The position numbers were made by a program, and so were the translations under genes. Under the pieces are notes generated by a model that did no database searches, had not been told where the DNA came from, and was given only the letters and a program-made list of their open reading frames with translations. From a virus (taxonomy: Duplodnaviria; Heunggongvirae; Uroviricota; Caudoviricetes), in IMG/VR virus record IMGVR_UViG_2778261455_000003, positions 1-40,957 of that record: a DNA stretch of 40,957 nt; one strand, written 5' to 3'. This document shows, in pieces, positions 1-8,978 of this stretch (position 1 is its first letter; each line of letters starts with the position of its first letter).

Positions 1-1284
1 TTACTTCTTCGCCTCTGCAACCACTTTACTACCCACGCCGCGGTTATTGTATTCCCACATGCGGTTGTAGTTAGTGTCATTCAGATTGCGCTGTATTTCG
101 TCGTTATCATCTACGCTGCCGGTATTACCCGCAAACGGACGATTAGAGATCACCGCATCGGCCCACGGTTTAGCCGTGTTAAAACCTTCGTTGATGGCGC
201 TATCACGGATCACCACCTGACCGTTGGTATTGGCATCAACATCCAGCGAGCGGCCCAGTTGCGCCACACCATCACCGAAAGCATTGAAACGGCTGTTTAC
301 GGCGAGGAAACCGTAGTAAATGTTGGACAGCGTAGCCGGTGCAAACACATACGCTTCTTGCTGAGTACGTGAGTTCACCACGCGGAATTCGGTGTTATCG
401 AACACCACTGCGCCGCGACCAGAAACGATATCCACATCCCCTTCAATGTAGCTGTTGGTCACCAGCGTACGCGGCTGACGGTTGGTTTCCAGACGGTTCT
501 GCACACCGCTGTTGGTGACAAAGAAGGTGTTCTGACGACCGAGAATGTTAACGTTGTTAATCTGTACCTGGTCACCATCAGTACGCAGTGCCACCGCCGG
601 ATGGTTACCTGCATCTACGCTATCGCCCAGCGTGTTTTCGATGGTCAGATTTTGCAGTTGCAGGCCATTGTTTTGTGACCAGAAGACCGCAGAGCAGAGA
701 ACACCGATACTGTCGCTGCGTTTGCTCTGGCAGCTATCGTACATATACCACGCTGGTTTACCTGGCATATATTTGCCGCGCGGGTTGACGTCGTGACGCC
801 AGTCGGCAGGGCTCATGCCCCCATCAAGGGAAAGCCCAATCTTCACATCAATCGGTTTTTCACCTGTACCGTACAGAGTAATTCCACCCGGAGCAGCAGG
901 GACATACACCGTTCCCTGATACTCACCAGGCATCACGGCAATATACTGGCGCTTGTTAGTGCGCTTGATAATTGCCGCATCTACCGCCGCCTGAATCGTG
1001 GTATGCGTTACACCTTGAGTACCCGCCGGGCCGACAACAAAGTCAGGTTGCGCAGGCAGGGTAATCGGGGAAGGATTCCACGCTGCAGCACCTGGTGTCA
1101 GGGATGCAAAATAGTGTTGAGCATCGAAATTCTGCGCTTCTTTTGCCGACAGAATCGGGCGAGAAGAGGTACCAGGCGCGGTTTGATCAGAAGGACGTTG
1201 ATCGGGTGGTGTTGAGCTACAGGCGGTCAGCGTCACGCCAAAAGCCAATGCCAGCGCCAGACGGGAAACTGAAAATGTGTTCAC
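1..1284 (-). CDS. ybhC: YbhC-like outer-membrane lipoprotein (pectinesterase-fold acyl-CoA thioesterase family); host gene flanking attB-lambda
   Basis: Complete 427-aa ORF with a lipoprotein-type N-terminus (…LTACSS); recognised from memory as E. coli YbhC, which sits next to attB-lambda. Confidence 0.85.
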   Translation of the reverse strand: MNTFSVSRLALALAFGVTLTACSSTPPDQRPSDQTAPGTSSRPILSAKEAQNFDAQHYFASLTPGAAAWNPSPITLPAQPDFVVGPAGTQGVTHTTIQAAVDAAIIKRTNKRQYIAVMPGEYQGTVYVPAAPGGITLYGTGEKPIDVKIGLSLDGGMSPADWRHDVNPRGKYMPGKPAWYMYDSCQSKRSDSIGVLCSAVFWSQNNGLQLQNLTIENTLGDSVDAGNHPAVALRTDGDQVQINNVNILGRQNTFFVTNSGVQNRLETNRQPRTLVTNSYIEGDVDIVSGRGAVVFDNTEFRVVNSRTQQEAYVFAPATLSNIYYGFLAVNSRFNAFGDGVAQLGRSLDVDANTNGQVVIRDSAINEGFNTAKPWADAVISNRPFAGNTGSVDDNDEIQRNLNDTNYNRMWEYNNRGVGSKVVAEAKK

Positions 1285-1330
1285 AGGTTGCTCCGGGCTA
1301 TGAAATAGAAAAATGAATCCGTTGAAGCCT

Positions 1331-1345
1331 GCTTTTTTATACTAA
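1331..1345. other. attL core (GCTTTTTTATACTAA), followed by P' arm with arm-type Int sites
   Basis: Core followed by GTTGGCATTATAAAAAAGCATTGCTTATCAATTTGTTGCAACGAACAGGTCATTATCAGTCAAAATAAAATCATT, matching the lambda attP P' arm with a few substitutions. Confidence 0.85.
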
Positions 1346-1418
1346 GTTGGCATTATAAAAAAGCATTGCTTATCAATTTGTTGCAACGAACAGGTCATTA
1401 TCAGTCAAAATAAAATCA

Positions 1419-2489
1419 TTATTTGATTTCAATTTTGTCCCACTCCCTGCCTCTGTCATCACGATATTGTGATGCCATGGTGTCCGACTTATGCCCGAGA
1501 AGATGTTGAGCAAACTTATCGCTTATCTGCTTCTCATAGAGTCTTGCAGACAAACTGCGCAACTCGTGAAAGGTAGGCGGATCCCCTTCGAAGGAAAGAC
1601 CTGATGCTTTTCGTGCGCGCATAAAATACCTTGATACTGTGCCGGATGAAAGCGGTTCACGACGAGTAGATGCAATTATGGTTTCTCCGCCAAGAATCTC
1701 TTTGCATTTATCAAGTGTTTCCTTCATTGATATCCCGAGAGCATCAACATGCAATGTTGTAGGGATGGCAATTTTTACGCCTGTTTTGCTTTGCTCGACA
1801 TAAAGATATCCATCTACGATATCAGACCACTTCATTTCGCATAAATCACCAACTCGCTGCCCGGTAACAACAGCCAGTTCCATTGCAAGTCTGAGCCAAC
1901 ATGGTGATGATTCTGCTGCTTGATAAATTTTCAGGTATTCGTCAGCCGTAAGTCTTGATCTCCTTACCTCTGATTTTGCTGCGCGAGTGGCAGCGACCGG
2001 GTTTGTTGTTATATGGCCTTCAGCTATTGCCTCTCGGAATGCATCGCTCAGTGTTGATCTGATTAACTTGGCTGACGCCGCCTTGCCCTCGTCTATGTAT
2101 CCATTGAGCATTGCCGCAATTTCTTTTGTGGTGATGTCTTCAAGTGGAGCATCAGGCAGACCCCTCCTTATTGCTTTAATTTTGCTCATGTAATTTATGA
2201 GTGTCTTCTGCTTGATTCCTCTGCTGGCGAGGATTTTTTCGTAGCGATCAAGCCATGAATGTAACGTAACAGAATTATCACTGTTGATTCTCGCTGTCAG
2301 AGGCTTGTGCTTGTGTCCTGAAAATAACTCAATGTTGGCCTGTATAGCTTCAGTGATTGCTATGCGTCTGTCTCGGCCTAATCCGAACTCTTTACCCGTC
2401 CTTGGGTCCCTGTAGCAGTAATATCCATTGTTTCTTATATAAAGGTTAGGGGGTAAATCCCGGCGCTCATGACTTCGCCTTCTTCCCAT
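1419..2489 (-). CDS. int: Tyrosine integrase, lambda Int type
   Basis: 356-aa ORF starting MGRRRSHERRDLPPNLYIRNNGYYCYRDPRTGKEF…, recognised as lambda Int; sits directly beside the attL P' arm. Confidence 0.95.
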   Translation of the reverse strand: MGRRRSHERRDLPPNLYIRNNGYYCYRDPRTGKEFGLGRDRRIAITEAIQANIELFSGHKHKPLTARINSDNSVTLHSWLDRYEKILASRGIKQKTLINYMSKIKAIRRGLPDAPLEDITTKEIAAMLNGYIDEGKAASAKLIRSTLSDAFREAIAEGHITTNPVAATRAAKSEVRRSRLTADEYLKIYQAAESSPCWLRLAMELAVVTGQRVGDLCEMKWSDIVDGYLYVEQSKTGVKIAIPTTLHVDALGISMKETLDKCKEILGGETIIASTRREPLSSGTVSRYFMRARKASGLSFEGDPPTFHELRSLSARLYEKQISDKFAQHLLGHKSDTMASQYRDDRGREWDKIEIK

Positions 2490-2685
2490 TTCTGATCCTC
2501 TTCAAAAGGCTACCTGTTACTGGTCGATTTAAGTCAACCTTTACCGCTGACTCGTGGAACAGATACTCTCTTCCATCCTTAACCGGAGGAGGGAATATCC
2601 TGCATTCGCGCACCCATCGACGAACTGTTTCAAGGCTTCTTGGGCGTCGCTGGCGTGCGTTCCACTCCTGAAGTGTCAAGTACAT
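2467..2685 (-). CDS. xis: Excisionase, lambda Xis type
   Basis: 72-aa ORF MYLTLQEWNARQRRPRSLETVRRWVRECRIFPP…; its end overlaps the int start, as in lambda. Confidence 0.9.
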   Translation of the reverse strand: MYLTLQEWNARQRRPRSLETVRRWVRECRIFPPPVKDGREYLFHESAVKVDLNRPVTGSLLKRIRNGKKAKS

Positions 2686-2724
2686 CGCAAAGTCTCCGCA
2701 ATTACACGCAAGAAAAAACCGCCA

Positions 2725-2892
2725 TCAGGCGGCTTGGTGTTCTTTCAGTTCTTCAATTCGAATATTGGTTACGTCTGCATGTGCTATCTGCGCCCACAGC
2801 ATCCAGTGGTCATAGCAGTCGTTGATGTCCTCTGCTTCGATAACCCTGTTGAATGGCTCTCCATTCCATTCACCTGTAACTCGGAAGTGCAT
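2725..2892 (-). CDS. Small hypothetical protein (55 aa) next to xis
   Basis: ATG preceded by GGAGATG; translation MHFRVTGEWNGEPFNRVIEAEDINDCYDHWMLWAQIAHADVTNIRIEELKEHQAA; below the 60-aa cutoff of the ORF track. Confidence 0.35.
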   Translation of the reverse strand: MHFRVTGEWNGEPFNRVIEAEDINDCYDHWMLWAQIAHADVTNIRIEELKEHQAA

Positions 2893-2964
2893 TTATCATC
2901 TCCATAAAACAAAACCCGCCGTAGCGAGTTCAGATAAAAGAAATCCCCGCGAGTGCGAGGATTG

Positions 2965-3250
2965 TTATTCAGTGCTGATATTTACCTTTATAGCGAACAC
3001 CTTTACCGGTTTATCGCCGAAGTGCGGATGTGTGATTGTCTTGATTTCATATCCGTCATACGGAACATCAATTCTGCGACTGGAGTCGTCGCGCTTCGGA
3101 TATCCCTTTGTGATAATCAGGCGGTCATACCCCCGGAACATAATTCGCTTATTCCAATAGTCATTACACAGGCGATACTCTTCCGTTTTCTCCCCGCGAA
3201 TCATGGCATCGAAGTATTCACCTTTGACGGCAAGTTGCAGGTTAGCCACG
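2965..3250 (-). CDS. Hypothetical protein (about 95 aa, GTG start)
   Basis: GTG start preceded by GGAGG; start overlaps the stop of the upstream DUF551 gene; the longer 142-aa track ORF is probably an over-extension. Confidence 0.4.
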
Positions 3251-3805
3251 GTTAACCTCCTGCGGCGGTTCTGGTAGCGGCATCCAGTGTGTGACGTTGC
3301 GGCTCTGCGTTTCGAAAAATTCATCACCATCACGGACGACATCAAAAAACTCACCGTCTCGATATTGCGCATAAAGAACGAATGCGCCATCACATAAAAT
3401 AATTACGTGCTGACCATCATCTGGCATTCGATCACTACAGCTTATCCAACCATCCGGAGTTACCGGAGAGTTGCCATTCACAAGGTCAGCTCGAACATAT
3501 AGTGTGTCATCATGGTGCTGATTGTGGCTGCACCACGTTAATTCGCTTAACTCGCCATCTTCTGGCCATACTCCAGCTGTTTGCAGCCAGATATGGGCTG
3601 GCGCATCTTGGCAAGGTGTATTAACTGGCAACTTGTAAGTTTGGCTTACAGGTTCTGCACTATCAGCTTCGCGCCGCTTCTGTAGCTCTGCTGCCATCGC
3701 TCTCACAACTTCAACTGGTGCCCTTGCAGCAAACTCTATGTTGGTGATCAGCTCATTAAGATATTGCTCGCCTGGATACTGTTTCTTATCGGTTATAGTG
3801 GTCAT
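3242..3805 (-). CDS. Hypothetical protein with DUF551-like C-terminal segment (…THWMPLPEPP)
   Basis: 187-aa ORF with RBS TAAGGTGA; C-terminal motif shared with the ORF at 20468..20683. Confidence 0.55.
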   Translation of the reverse strand: MTTITDKKQYPGEQYLNELITNIEFAARAPVEVVRAMAAELQKRREADSAEPVSQTYKLPVNTPCQDAPAHIWLQTAGVWPEDGELSELTWCSHNQHHDDTLYVRADLVNGNSPVTPDGWISCSDRMPDDGQHVIILCDGAFVLYAQYRDGEFFDVVRDGDEFFETQSRNVTHWMPLPEPPQEVNRG

Positions 3806-3807
3806 AG

Positions 3808-3999
3808 CTATTTCACCTTAATCTCAACATTTCGCAGCTTTAGCTCTACTGGCAGGTCTGACTTTCCGGTTAATGCTAATGCGAGATTTTCTGGAGTAAT
3901 GAGAGCCGTTATTGTTTTCCCCATCGACAGACGAATAATCATTCGTATCTCGCGATCGTCACATGCTCCCGGTCGAACAATTGAGATTTGTCCGTTCAT
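3808..3999 (-). CDS. Small hypothetical protein (63 aa)
   Basis: Internal ATG MNGQISIV… preceded by AGGAGAG; directly abuts the stop of the upstream gene. Confidence 0.4.
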   Translation of the reverse strand: MNGQISIVRPGACDDREIRMIIRLSMGKTITALITPENLALALTGKSDLPVELKLRNVEIKVK

Positions 4000-4000
4000 A

Positions 4001-4630
4001 TCACTCTCCTTTGATGCGAATGCCAGCGGCGCGCTCGGATTCACTTTGTTCCCAAAACCACTTGTGAAGCTCCATAAGCTTTTCGTCAATCGGTGCATAT
4101 TTGCGATTAAAGTAGGCCTGAGCATCTTTCTCAGATTCGTCCGGCAATTCGCCAGGGCCAAACAGTGTGTTATAAATCCATGCCAGTCCGCTCTTAGCGT
4201 CGCCAGTTGCCTGCCATTCGATAATCGCAGCCTGCATGACCAGAATGTTTTTCCCGATTAACAGGTCCAGTTCTTTGAACCGGTTGCGGATGTATGCATT
4301 CTCGCTTTGTAATTTTGCGTTGCGCTTCTCTGCGGCTTCCAGCTCAACACGCAGCTTCCCTACCGTTAGCGCAATTTCCTCGTTCTCCTGATCGCGGAGT
4401 TTGATGTATTGCTGGTTCCTTTCCCGTTCATCCAGTAGCGCCAAAGCAACCTTTGGATTAAAGGCAGCAATAAATTCAGCGTTGTTTTTCAGAACGTGTT
4501 GCGCAATCGCCTGACTACTTAGTCGGACCTCATAACCACGTGCGCCACGGTGTGGTTTATATGAGTCCCAGTCTCCCCACGTTGCTTTCTCTGCCGCCTC
4601 ACGCAGTGCCTGATAGTCAATCTTGCTCAT
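4001..4630 (-). CDS. Hypothetical early protein, possibly Ead/Ea22-like
   Basis: 209-aa ORF with RBS AGGGTGA; position and charged repetitive composition resemble Ea22-type proteins; family assignment is from recall only. Confidence 0.45.
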   Translation of the reverse strand: MSKIDYQALREAAEKATWGDWDSYKPHRGARGYEVRLSSQAIAQHVLKNNAEFIAAFNPKVALALLDERERNQQYIKLRDQENEEIALTVGKLRVELEAAEKRNAKLQSENAYIRNRFKELDLLIGKNILVMQAAIIEWQATGDAKSGLAWIYNTLFGPGELPDESEKDAQAYFNRKYAPIDEKLMELHKWFWEQSESERAAGIRIKGE

Positions 4631-4631
4631 G

Positions 4632-4931
4632 TCACATCACCCTGAATCCGTTGCATTTACGTAAGAAATCGCAGATGTAGCCCTTCATTTTTTCGTGCCA
4701 ATCTCGATCATTCCCATTGCACCAACCATCAGGTGGAGTCCAGTTTTCTATCAGAGCAGCCATTTTCTTTGCTTTCGCCGGAGTAGCTGTTGCGGTATCG
4801 CAGTAATGACGAGTGTCAACCAAAGCATCCATACCATCGATATCAAGTATGCAAAACCATGTGTGATTCGGCATTTCAACAGATGGTGTTTGTTGCCCAC
4901 GTCGACGTTTATCAATAAGACATACAGTCAC
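4632..4931 (-). CDS. Hypothetical protein (99 aa, GTG start)
   Basis: GTG start with strong RBS AAGGAGG 7 nt upstream; overlaps the stop of the upstream gene. Confidence 0.45.
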   Translation of the reverse strand: MTVCLIDKRRRGQQTPSVEMPNHTWFCILDIDGMDALVDTRHYCDTATATPAKAKKMAALIENWTPPDGWCNGNDRDWHEKMKGYICDFLRKCNGFRVM

Positions 4932-5470
4932 TGGTTGCCTCCTTTGCGAAGCTGGGCAGCAAAGTCAACTAACCACTCAGTCATTTCAACCTTCCCTACC
5001 AGGTCTGAACCAGGGTGCATACAGCAATCACTTTGCGCCGCTTTGAAATCCTTATACTCATATTCTTGGGCCACCAGATTTTTTGCAGCTTCTATAGCAG
5101 CATCCACCCCCTGCGCCCGAACTTCAGCCAGGAAAGCATCGGTGGCTGGGGTTTTGATTTCGTTAAGCGCATCACTGAATCCACCACGCTCCATACCTAG
5201 CTCTGCTTCGTAATCGGCATCGAATGCAGCGTCTTTGCAGAACTTCTTCATCCCCGCACTCTCCGCTGCCAGCGCCGCGCACTTGGCCTCAAGGTTATCA
5301 ATCGTGATTCCAGCAGAACGACACTCCCGCAACGCCGTTTCTAGTTTTGATTCAAGTTCACCGAACTTACGGACAAGATATTCAGCGTTTGTTTCGTTAA
5401 CCTTTAAATCTCGTGGGATGCATTTACCTTTCAGAAAACCATCCATCTCAATTAGTGACATTTGTTTCAT
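4928..5470 (-). CDS. Hypothetical protein (about 180 aa), possibly Ea22-like
   Basis: [15 protein letters not shown]… preceded by GGAG; its start overlaps (ATGA) the stop of a 54-aa upstream ORF. Confidence 0.45.
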   Translation of the reverse strand: MKQMSLIEMDGFLKGKCIPRDLKVNETNAEYLVRKFGELESKLETALRECRSAGITIDNLEAKCAALAAESAGMKKFCKDAAFDADYEAELGMERGGFSDALNEIKTPATDAFLAEVRAQGVDAAIEAAKNLVAQEYEYKDFKAAQSDCCMHPGSDLVGKVEMTEWLVDFAAQLRKGGNQ

Positions 5471-5631
5471 TTTTTCCCACTCCGCCACATCGCATTCAGA
5501 TATTTGTTTTGATTCACTGATGGGAAAGAATTTCTCTTAAGTAATTCCTCTCTCGATGGCATTGGCTTTACGCGTTGGCGAATAATCATTTCTGCCGGAA
5601 GAATGCCGGGATTGTATGCAAGTCCTCTCAT
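5467..5631 (-). CDS. Small hypothetical protein (54 aa)
   Basis: Strong RBS AAAGAGGAA before the [41 protein letters not shown]…; found by manual translation. Confidence 0.3.
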   Translation of the reverse strand: MRGLAYNPGILPAEMIIRQRVKPMPSREELLKRNSFPSVNQNKYLNAMWRSGKK

Positions 5632-5647
5632 GGTAAATTCCTCTTTG

Positions 5648-5962
5648 TTAATTTATTCGTATGCCTGCTCTTTCTTCATCGAGTTTTTTTAGCTTGTATC
5701 GCATAGCTCTTACTGAATAAATTGAGCGGCAGGTTGCAATTGCTATTTCTTCTGCGGAGAACTTACCGAAAAGTGATACTTCGGCTCTTGTCCAGCGTCT
5801 TCCACGAAGTCGGCTAACAATGTCAGCGCCAATCCTTGTTGCTTTCGCCATAACTGCTTTTTCAGTCCTTTCCAGTTTTTCAGCGATAACTTCAACTGGC
5901 ATTGTCGCCGCCACTTCGCGCAAGAAATCGACTTCCCATTTCTCCCATGGAGTCTTTTTCAT
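5648..5962 (-). CDS. Hypothetical protein (104 aa), two helix-turn-helix-like repeats
   Basis: Two similar segments beginning WEKWEVDFL… and WTRAEVSLF…, suggesting a tandem small DNA-binding fold; inference only. Confidence 0.4.
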   Translation of the reverse strand: MKKTPWEKWEVDFLREVAATMPVEVIAEKLERTEKAVMAKATRIGADIVSRLRGRRWTRAEVSLFGKFSAEEIAIATCRSIYSVRAMRYKLKKLDEERAGIRIN

Positions 5963-5973
5963 AGTCGATACCG

Positions 5974-6462
5974 TTATTTGATAAGAAGTGAAGGTTTCCC
6001 AACCTTGAGTTGAGCGCCTGGGATATTTATTCCTGCTTTTAGTTGGTGCTTGATTGCCAACTTGTCGGCTTTAATTGTCGTTTCAAACTCAACGTATTCA
6101 GGAGGAAGGGCGCTTGAGTCGATGATTTCTACAGTTTCTGACGGTTTGCGGATTGTTACCTGGTGAATACCTGCTCGAATCTTTTTCTTGCCAACCATTT
6201 CAAGCGATGACGCTATATATGATTTGATGCTGTCAATCTTATTTTGAATTACTGTGGCTCGCTCATTCAGTGATTTTGCCTCTTCCTTGAGGCGTTCGGC
6301 ATAACCAGATTCATTTTTAATGACGGAAAGAAGTTGCTCTATTTTATCGGTAAATTCTCCTTCCATGCCTTCTATTGTGTCAGCAATCATCTCTGGTTCT
6401 AAATCTGAATCCATCAATTTTGCGTATTCATTGGCAATTTCATACAGTTTGCTCACTGGCAA
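5974..6462 (-). CDS. Gp157-like protein (siphovirus Gp157 family), RecT-associated
   Basis: 162-aa coiled-coil-rich ORF directly downstream of and overlapping recT; family assignment from recall. Confidence 0.45.
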   Translation of the reverse strand: MPVSKLYEIANEYAKLMDSDLEPEMIADTIEGMEGEFTDKIEQLLSVIKNESGYAERLKEEAKSLNERATVIQNKIDSIKSYIASSLEMVGKKKIRAGIHQVTIRKPSETVEIIDSSALPPEYVEFETTIKADKLAIKHQLKAGINIPGAQLKVGKPSLLIK

Positions 6463-7342
6463 CCTCCAGTTTCGCTTTGCATTCTGCGTAAATGGCTTGT
6501 ACGTTCTGCTGCAATTTCATTCCAGATGTCAGGCGATATGCTTCTGCAAAATACCTCTTCAAATCATCCATGTTTTCAGCCTGAGCCATTTCATCACAAA
6601 GAAGTTGTGCTTTTTCCATTATTTCCTGCTGGCGTTTCCGTTCATCTTCGCGGATATCTTCCTCTGATTTGTGCGGCATAACCGGTTCCTGATGCATACC
6701 CTCATCTTCGTTAAGCAGGTGAATGGCATTATCCAGTCGCTGGGCTTTAGGCCAGTATTTGCTGGCGCGTTTAACTATGGTTTTACGCGCCATCTCTTCC
6801 CAGAATGTCTTCCACGGTCCATTCTTTGCCTTGCTCGTTGCTTCCACAGCTTTAATTTCTGCCAGACTCATTTCTTCAGTCAGGTAGTCACCATCTGCTG
6901 TTTTAACCGTGCAATAACCTCCAACAATAGAGCCTCGCTCACCAAATGCGTTGTATTTGTGGGTTGGTGCCGAATCAAGGCCATTTGATTCATAGGTGTC
7001 GTTTGAGTACACCAGTTTGCATTGCCCCCACTTAATTGATCCTGTCGATTGCGCAAGATGAAGTAATCCCATGTAACTGATATCAAGGCACACCATGCCG
7101 TCGCGAGGAACCAGATAAGCCAGTTTGCTGGCCGGGTTTAAGGTGATGCCGATCGCCGCAACATTGATGATGGCGTTCTGTGCGCTGGTTGGATTTGCCA
7201 GTGCTGTTTTAGCCAGGTAATCATTTTTCTGGAAATACTGAATTGCAAACTGGCTTTCCTTAGCCCATGTCACCGTCTGTTCAGTCAATGCTCCGCAGAA
7301 TAACTGCTCTTGCTGTTTAACGAATTCAACGATATTGCTCAT
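6440..7342 (-). CDS. recT: RecT-family single-strand annealing recombinase
   Basis: 300-aa ORF; segment NGPWKTFWEEMARKTIVKRASKYWP matches the conserved RecT motif NGPWVTHWEEMAKKTAIRRLFKYLP. Confidence 0.8.
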   Translation of the reverse strand: MSNIVEFVKQQEQLFCGALTEQTVTWAKESQFAIQYFQKNDYLAKTALANPTSAQNAIINVAAIGITLNPASKLAYLVPRDGMVCLDISYMGLLHLAQSTGSIKWGQCKLVYSNDTYESNGLDSAPTHKYNAFGERGSIVGGYCTVKTADGDYLTEEMSLAEIKAVEATSKAKNGPWKTFWEEMARKTIVKRASKYWPKAQRLDNAIHLLNEDEGMHQEPVMPHKSEEDIREDERKRQQEIMEKAQLLCDEMAQAENMDDLKRYFAEAYRLTSGMKLQQNVQAIYAECKAKLEVASEQTV

Positions 7343-7650
7343 GCAGCTTCTCCATAAATATGTCTGCGTTTGAATATTGCGAAGGCATATTCAGCCTTAA
7401 CTCTTTCGGTTATTGCATCCCAGAACCATTCAGCGGCTTTTTCCTGATAGTTACAGTCATCATCTTCCAGCCAGTCGATAGCGTCCTTAGTATGTTCATC
7501 TGGTTTATATGAGCGAAGCATTTCGCTTATTGGGTCGCAACGTTTGCAGAGGCGATCAACTTCACTGTTGATTCGTTCGTAATCTTCATCAGTAAAACTT
7601 GCGATTATTTGCGATATTTCACGCTTATCATTCAGAGTCAGAATCATCAT
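7339..7650 (-). CDS. Hypothetical acidic protein (103 aa)
   Basis: ORF whose stop overlaps the recT start; no recognisable family. Confidence 0.4.
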   Translation of the reverse strand: MMILTLNDKREISQIIASFTDEDYERINSEVDRLCKRCDPISEMLRSYKPDEHTKDAIDWLEDDDCNYQEKAAEWFWDAITERVKAEYAFAIFKRRHIYGEAA

Positions 7651-7731
7651 CTTTCTCCTGTTCTTTGTGCTGATTGAGCATTTCTTTCATCTGACGAATG
7701 AATTCTTCGTCTAACCAGTTATCTGTAAAAC

Positions 7732-7884
7732 TCATTTCCTGCGATACCACGGAAGGTTGATAGCTGATTTCATCGCTTTATTTGCTTCAAGCCACATTTT
7801 TGAATCACCAATAAATCTGGCTATTACTGCTTTGTTCTGTGCAGCACGAAGCATCTGGTGATTAATGGCTATTTCATTGCGCAT
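7732..7884 (-). CDS. kil: Kil-like small protein (host cell-division inhibitor family)
   Basis: 50-aa ORF MRNEIAINHQMLRAAQNKAVIARFIGDSKMWLEANKAMKSAI…; resembles lambda Kil (…TIATFIGDEKMFREAVDAYKKWI…) and lies beside cIII as in lambda. Confidence 0.5.
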   Translation of the reverse strand: MRNEIAINHQMLRAAQNKAVIARFIGDSKMWLEANKAMKSAINLPWYRRK

Positions 7885-8003
7885 AACGCCTCCAGTTGTT
7901 TCTTTGCTGCTCTGATTAATTGTTTAACTCGGCGTGATAATTCAGATTCGTGCGGGTAGAAAGCGGACATGACGCCGCTACCCGCGAGCTGAAAGTGCAT
8001 CAT
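7869..8003 (-). CDS. cIII: cIII-like protein (FtsH inhibitor family)
   Basis: 44-aa ORF with RBS AAGGAG; MMHFQLAGSGVMSAFYPHESELSRRVKQLIRAAKKQL… has the lambda cIII pattern (…AIAGWPVAGCPSESLLERITRKL…). Confidence 0.55.
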   Translation of the reverse strand: MMHFQLAGSGVMSAFYPHESELSRRVKQLIRAAKKQLEALCAMK

Positions 8004-8068
8004 GGGTAACTCCTTATATTTGATTGCATAACGAAAACGCCTCAAGTGAAGCGTTATTGGTATGCATA

Positions 8069-8093
8069 TAAAAAGGCCCTCACACTGGAGGGC
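8069..8093 (-). terminator. Putative intrinsic terminator inside the pL operon
   Basis: On the minus strand GCCCTCCAGTGTGAGGGCC followed by TTTTT; a 6-bp GC stem, placed where N-mediated readthrough would be needed. Confidence 0.35.
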
Positions 8094-8188
8094 AAAGAAG
8101 ATTTCCAATAATCAGAACAAGTCGGCTCCTGTTTAGTTACGAGCGACATTGCTCCGTGTATTCACTCGTTGGAATGAATACACAGTGC

Positions 8189-8401
8189 TTATTCGCGAGC
8201 TTTGAGCATGGCATCAGCAATAAAGTAGGCATCATCTGCTAATTCTTTGTACTGTGGTGAATTCTGTCCACCACCAAAGGAATGTCCGTCCCATCTGCGC
8301 ACTATTGCTGCCATAGCCTTAGCAGCGAAGTAATCACGTAATGTCGCATCACTTGCAATTTCTGGGCGTTTGATATGTGCTTCATAAAACTCGCACATCA
8401 T
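8189..8401 (-). CDS. Hypothetical protein (70 aa)
   Basis: ORF overlapping the stop of the upstream gene (ATGA), in the cIII-to-N interval. Confidence 0.45.
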   Translation of the reverse strand: MMCEFYEAHIKRPEIASDATLRDYFAAKAMAAIVRRWDGHSFGGGQNSPQYKELADDAYFIADAMLKARE

Positions 8402-8694
8402 TCACCTCCCAGAGCCTTGCTGATTGCTGCAAGACCTTTATTAACAGCTCCATACCATTCTGGATATGTTGTCGTTGTTCTATTTTTGGATTGCTTAAGT
8501 AATAACTGAAGTGCTTCGAGAAGGTCAGGTGCTGCCGCTATTAAATTGGCATCTTCAATACATTGAACTTCCTCACAGATTGCAATATACGAACGCCAGC
8601 CTGCGCCATTTTCAAGTGAGTCTGCCTGGATTATTTTAATCTCATCGCCATCCATCATTATTTCCCACTTACCTTCAGTACCTTTAAATTCCAT
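8398..8694 (-). CDS. Hypothetical acidic protein (98 aa)
   Basis: ATG MEFKGTEGKW… preceded by AGAGG; the track's longer version begins at a TTG. Confidence 0.45.
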   Translation of the reverse strand: MEFKGTEGKWEIMMDGDEIKIIQADSLENGAGWRSYIAICEEVQCIEDANLIAAAPDLLEALQLLLKQSKNRTTTTYPEWYGAVNKGLAAISKALGGE

Positions 8695-8741
8695 GTTAGC
8701 CTCTGTTGTTAGTGCCAAAAATAAAGGCCGACTATGCGGCC

Positions 8742-8924
8742 TCAGAATGGGTTGTATCCATGTTTAAAGGCGAAATCGTATGCCTCACCCTTAGTGCTGA
8801 AGTATTCATAATCAGCAAATCCATCACGATAAAACTTGCAGCACCAATGAGGCGGAATGCCATCCTCAGGGCCATAGTTTTGATGGAAAACATCCTCGAC
8901 GATTATATTTTCATCTTTTCCCAT
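8742..8924 (-). CDS. Hypothetical protein (60 aa)
   Basis: ATG preceded by GGGGTGAG; MGKDENIIVEDVFHQNYGPEDGIPPHWCCKFYRDG…. Confidence 0.4.
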   Translation of the reverse strand: MGKDENIIVEDVFHQNYGPEDGIPPHWCCKFYRDGFADYEYFSTKGEAYDFAFKHGYNPF

Positions 8925-8978
8925 ATCTCACCCCAAATAAGTGGTTTGCTGCGAAAGTAAATACGCTTAAGTTACCTG

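Noticed and set aside
545-1316. Plus-strand ORFs (83, 66, 140 and 73 aa) inside the ybhC region
   Set aside because: They lie antisense within the well-supported 427-aa ybhC gene and have no RBS or recognisable product; treated as shadow ORFs.
2554-3255. Plus-strand ORFs (117, 61, 112 and 100 aa) opposite the xis-proximal genes
   Set aside because: They run against the leftward early operon and overlap minus-strand ORFs that have RBSs; treated as spurious.
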